Origin: the human T2T-CHM13v2.0 reference genome, Homo sapiens
Assembly (NCBI RefSeq): GCF_009914755.1
Contig: NC_060928.1
Reading direction: 5' to 3' (one strand)
Length of the DNA: 64,000 nucleotides
Shown one piece after another: positions 58,192-64,000 of this stretch (the first letter of the stretch is position 1; every line of letters starts with the position of its first letter). The notes under the pieces were generated by a model. It did no database searches. It saw only the letters and a program-made list of their open reading frames with translations, and had not been told where the DNA came from. Made by a program: the position numbers and the translations under genes.

Positions 58192-58926
58192 TAAGAGTTT
58201 CACAGTTATCAGATGCCAACCTCTTTGGGTCCCCTTGATGACACTAATGCTGCAGGGTACATGAGTAGTATTCTCTATATCTCCATGACTTCCTCTTCCT
58301 ATAACGTAATCTTCACCAGGACTCCATTCTTGAGCTCCACTTTTCCTTTTCTGCCTCTTGTCCTTAGGTCAGTGTTCATGCTAATTATGATGTGTAATGA
58401 AAGGTAACTTCTATAAAACCTCATATTTCATTTCTTCCATTCTCTTCTTCCTTGATTTTCCTCCTCAGTAAATGAAACCAGCACCCATCCCAGGCATGAA
58501 AGCTAAAACGCTAATTCTTATTCTTGATTCCCACTCTCTCTCAATATTTCTCAAATTTCTCACCCCTGGTGTGAGACCACAACATTTTATACATAAATCA
58601 AACTTTGCCCCAGACCTATTGTGTTATGGTAATGCAAATATATATGCATGCCAATCCAAGTTATAAACCTCTTGAGGATAGGAATCAAGGCTTAGTTATA
58701 TTTGTATCTCAGATGTTAGTTTAATCTCTCACACATAGGATCCATTTGTTTATTAAATAAACTTATTAGACACCTGGCACATGCTAAGTACTATTATTGA
58801 GGGCAAAATATACAGAAATATTTTTAAAGACATTTTCTGCTCAAGTTGTAGACAGGAAAAATGGAAATTTTTGCAAAAGAAAATTTTAAAATATCCAATA
58901 GAATTGGAGTTTACAAATAACTGATT

Positions 58927-59152
58927 CAGATGGGAACACAGATATTTCAGTTGATGTCAGCATGGATGATGAAGTACAGGGAACACCAGACAGGACTGCT
59001 CACTTCAGCAGGTGTCATCTGAAGAAAGATGGCAACTGCTGGCCAGAAACATGTCATTCTCCATGTCATGATACTACCTAACCCTTCCCTCTCATCTACT
59101 CAGTAGTTCAGACTAAATCCTAGGTACAACAGGAAAAGGAGAATACCAGGAT
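58927..59152 (+). repeat. ~226-bp direct duplication, copy A (partner 62252-62518)
   Basis: ~88% identity by hand alignment. Confidence 0.92.
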
Positions 59153-59889
59153 TCACCATTGCTAAGAAGGTCACTGATGAGAAGGATTCTGGAAAGTGGC
59201 TTTTGGTGTTTTAAATAAATAACTTGAAAATTCTATGATTAAATTCAGAGTCATAGGCAAGTACCAGGAAAATAGTCAAAACATGGCCTTAAGGAAAGAT
59301 TGTTGGATGTACAACAAAGCAGACCTTGGAATGCTATCCCAAACTTTTCACTTCTTAGATATGGAAACTTAGGAAAGTTAATGCATTTATCTGACATCGT
59401 TTTTCTTTTCTTTGTCTTCAAAACAGATAGTATTAGCACATGGGTAAGGATTCAGTACAATAATAAATGCATGTCCCCACAAAAAGTAGGAAATAAATAG
59501 TAAACATGACAAATATGAAAAGATGACTTAGCTTCAAATCATGCAATAACTAATGATAACATGTTCTTAATATGGATGGAGTTGAGTTCCCTAAAATTTT
59601 CTGGGCTGAGTTTCTTCCTCTTTAGGAGAATTTGAGAGAACCAGAGGCAGTACAGACTAACTCCACTACTCACCACAATGATTTTTTGGCCAAAAAACAC
59701 ATTTTTAAAAAATCCAGCTATTTCTTAAATATCTTTGTTATTAACTACATAACATTCTACTCTATTCCAAACTGATTCTTCAAGTGGCTCAGTGGGTACT
59801 GTGAGAACATACCTGAAAGTGCTACCAAATGGAAATTCCAAGGGGCAAGACTAGCTCATCCAAATACTTTATGACTGTTAGTGGAATAT

Positions 59890-60652
59890 CAATATGGACA
59901 GGAGAAATGGAAATACTGGGCAGAAGAAGGCAGTTCCATGGCAAAGGCCCCACCCTCATGCCTGGATACCCATGGCCCTAAATGAGAACAGAGATTCCTG
60001 TTTTTGTGCCCCAAAAGTTGCCTTTTGGCCCCCCATGCCTTCTATCTTGTACCTATATAAACTCCAGACCCCAGGCTCCAAGAGACAAGGAGACAAGCAG
60101 ATGAGCAGACAAATGGCAGAACAGCATGGCAGAAAAGGAGAGAAGAGAAGGAGCATCTAAACACCGAGAGGAGTTTGGCTAGATATGATCAGAGAGATCA
60201 GCTGCTGGATGGCCAAACTCTAGGGGAAGAATATCTTCCCACTCCATCCCCCTTCCAGCTCCCCATCCATTCCACTGAGAGCCACTTCCACCACTCAATA
60301 AAACCCCTACATTCATCCTTCAAGTCCATGTGCAACCTGATTCTTCCTGGATGCCAGACAAGAACCTGGGTGCCAAGACGGTCCACTGAGCTGTCTAATG
60401 CTTAAGCTATCTGTGGACAGCAAGGCTAAAAGAGTGCACCGTAACATGCACTCACTTGGGTTTGGGGAGTCACAGATACCCACCTCTAGACGCTGCCATA
60501 GGGCCACAGCCCAAAAGCCCTCACCCTGGTTTCTGCACCCACTTGTCTGCTTGCTCCCTCTCCCTTAAGCGGTTTGAACTCTTGGCAGCTGAACAGAGAG
60601 CCACACCCCTGTCACACATCCTTCGAGGGGGCCAGGGAACTATCTCATCTCA
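59890..60652 (+). mobile_element. LTR1-family (ERV1) solo LTR
   Basis: 'atatggacaggag..ggaaatactggg..ccctaaatgagaac'; TATAAA ~60056; AATAAA ~60297; flanks atat/acat. Confidence 0.8.
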
Positions 60653-62251
60653 ACATGGCTGCATAGATTTTAAATACACTTAAAACCTGAACAGCAAAAC
60701 AGAGTTCATGCTAAAAATTGTGATCTTTTTTCGTGAAAAACAAAACTAGTGCTTTTTCAGGGCTATAATTTGTAGGTCAGGTTTCTCTTCCAAGCCAGCT
60801 GTCAGCACTTAAAGTGGCCTGAAAAGAACATTGGTTTTGGGGTCAGACAGACCTGGCTGTGAAACCCTAACTTTATCAGTATCTTACTACTTATATAATT
60901 TGGATTAAGCCATTGTACTTTCTGAATTTCTATTTTTGCATGTATTCATTGTATTTTATCTATAAAATACAAATGTCACTTATTTCAAAGGGTTGTGAAA
61001 ATTGAAAAATGTGATGCATATATTTAATGAAGTGTTTGGCAAACATTATTTTGTTTTCTTATGGTGAATTTATTATTTAATTTCTTAAATAATTAAATAT
61101 CATTTAATATTAGCAATTAATTTTATTAAATGTACTTTATTATTCAAATATATATTTTTAATCACATGAATTATTAAAATGCTGTTCATTTTTAAAATTT
61201 GCCATGTTTATGTTTATAAATAATAATCAATACATGTTTCCTTCTCAAAATATATGACTTACTTCCTTTTGCTTACGGACTTCCAAATTGGGAGATTTCC
61301 ATGACCTTACCCTTCACATTAATGAAGTCGGTAATATTCTCTCACTCTCTCCCTCCCTCTTTTTCCCTCCCTCCCTTTTCCTCTTGTTCGTCTCTTTTTC
61401 TCTGTCTCTCTCTCTCTCAAGCTCTCTCCTTCTCTGACAGCTTTTACAATTCACCTATCTTAGGTGTACTATTCAACATTTTGCTTCTCTTTTACGGGGA
61501 TTTTTCCTACACTAGTTCAAAGGAGTAAAGGAATTTTTACAACTACCCTTTTCCTTCCAACCAGTCCAAGTGTATTTTGCCTAATAATCAGTAGAAAAGT
61601 TATACAGTTACAATACACTTGGGATACCACTGAGAAGTAGTAACCATTGTTTTTTCTATACCCCTTTCTTATTGTATCTATTGTCTCTGTAAAATTTGTA
61701 CTCTAAGAACAAAATAGTCTCCTTATTAGCTTTTGAATTCCTGAAGTAGACATTCTGGCTCATACAATAGAATTAGAATATTTCCTGAGCCAGCTTTTCT
61801 TCTCATGGCCAAGGAGACATAAAACCTAGATCCCAGAAAAAAAGGAGACTGGTGATAATCAGATGGGAGAACTACAGGGTCAGATTCTTGTGGGGAGGCT
61901 ATGGAAGCATCCTGTTCTCTGTCCCTTCCTGCTACTACCCAATAGTCAGCTCCAAAGGGCAGAGAAGGGGAAGATAACCCCAGGAAGGAACATGCCATGT
62001 TGCCACCTCCTTAAAAAAGTCTCCTTAAAATCACAGCCTGAAAGCAGACCAGGAGTAATGCAGAAGCCAAGAGGCAGCTATGCTCAGGATCCTTCTTTCC
62101 TAGGAAGTTCAAAACCATGGCTAGCATTTCTGTATCTTTGGGGAGGGAGCAAAAATTAGCTGAGAGGGGGATTCTTTGGCCTTCAGTATCCAAGAGACCA
62201 AGACAAAGAGATCACACTGAGGATGTCAACATGCGTCCAGAGACCAGAAAA

Positions 62252-62518
62252 CAGATGGGAACACAGATATTTCAGGTGATGTCAGCATGAATAGGTGAAG
62301 GAGAGAGAGGACCAGACAGGACTGCTCACTTCAGCAGGTGCCATCTGAAGAATGATGGTGACTGCTCACTTCAGCAGGTGCCATCTGAAGAATGATGGTG
62401 ACCACTGGCCAGAAACCTGCCATACTCCATGCTATGATACTACCTAACCCTTCCCCTTCATCTACTCAGGAGTTCAGGCTAAATCCTGGTTACAACAGGA
62501 AAACGAGAATACCAGGAT
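62252..62518 (+). repeat. Duplication copy B with an internal perfect 40-bp tandem repeat
   Basis: 62321-62360 is identical to 62361-62400. Confidence 0.93.
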
Positions 62519-64000
62519 CATGTGTTTTTTTGAAATACGTCTATGACCTACAAAAGGGAAAGAGGTGAAATTATAAAATACAAAAGTTATATAATGTAAA
62601 AATACATTAACTCACACAAAATATAAGTTTCAAATAAAATGTGAAAACACACAAACTCACATAAGATGTGAGTTTGACATTCTTAGAAGTTTTTAGCTAC
62701 TCATTTATTTGGGATTTAGTGATTATGAATTGTATCTGAGTCTGGAAGATCAGATCAGCTTCTACCTGTACAGTCTTATAGAAGTTAAGTCCTGCCAGAG
62801 ACTTAACTTTATTTTTTTCAGGTAATAACTTAGGGAGTTTGAAATCTCAGAGAATCAAGGCAAGGCCTTTCACCTGTATGCAGCTTTATAAAGATACTTC
62901 TCATCTATTTCAGTTATTTTCAGAGAGTGTTTCATTTCCTCATTCAGTGAGAATTTCTATTTTACTGTAAGAGTCAGATCATAGCTGGCATTGCCATATA
63001 AATGAATTTTTAAATAAAGACCTCCAAAAATACACCTAAAAAATGAAACTAAAAACTATGCACATACATACACACATGCACACACCTGAAATCTAAGAAT
63101 CTCAGAGCAGTACATGAACATAAAGATCAACTCCAACTTCTTCATTTTATAGAGAATGAAATCTAGATCCTCTGAGCCATTTGATTTGCTGGAGAATACC
63201 AAGCAGATCTGTCCCAGACTCCAATGCCCCGTCACTTGAACTGGAGTTCACTTTCCCCTGCAATACAAATTGGGTTCAAAGAAGGCTCTAACTTAGGATC
63301 TTGGCAAAACAGTGATTTTTCTCAGCTACAGTAAGACAGACATGTGGGAGACGGCAACTTCTTGAATATACGAGATACATTTAGGCTACATTTGCATAAT
63401 CTTCAAAATGCTGTGGGCGGTATGTGCTCCTTATAAATTATAAACACTAAATGAAGACTTTAAAAGAATGCCAATGGTTCCAAATCAGTACTCAGCCCAT
63501 CAGAATTTATGCTTCATGCCTTTTCTTTTTTAAAAAATGTAACTATAAGTATTGTAAGATCCATCTGTGGCTAACAATGGGTGCATCTATACATGTGTAA
63601 AAGTGCAAAAGGAAAGAAACCTTAATGTGTTAAGTAGCTACTGACATTCTCATTTTATACGTGTAGAAACTGAGGCTCAGGGGAACTGTCACAATCTAAG
63701 AAGTGACACAGCTAGACTTGAACCTAAGTCTAGGGAATGTAATGGGTTTCTTGGATCTCACCCCACAATAGCCTCTTTTGCCTGACAAGTGCCATGCGGC
63801 TCTCGAGGAATTATATCAATTCCATTCGTGGGCCTGCTCTCTTATGCACAGGAACGTAGGATTTGGAGTTAAAATCTTTGTTTGACCATTTACTCTCTCT
63901 TTGTGACTGTGGCAAAATACCTAGCCTTCTAGTATTTAATTTGCTAATTAATTCATTTGACTTTTATTAGTAATATGCCTCGCTTTGTGCTAGACACAGC

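Overview
Primate, most likely human, non-coding DNA: AT-rich and dense in Alu, L1, L2, MIR, MaLR and ERV sequence. I found no credible cellular protein-coding gene; the ORF track is repeat-derived or chance. The dominant feature is a 5.66-kb HERV-H provirus (4681-10337, +) with a perfect tRNA-His primer binding site and decayed gag/pro/pol. Its LTR7s are asymmetric: the 5' LTR has three copies of the 51-bp U3 repeat core and two ACAAAAGA SOX-type motifs, the 3' LTR has one copy and none. Other notable structures are a twin-primed L1PA with a probable ~280-bp 3' transduction, two ~210-230-bp non-tandem direct duplications that each bracket an ERV1 insertion, a candidate retro-inserted mRNA 3'UTR fragment inside an old L1, and several small tandem duplications. 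I see no evidence of a wholly new biological system. Repeat subfamily names are from memory of consensus sequences, and the boundaries of ancient repeats are approximate.
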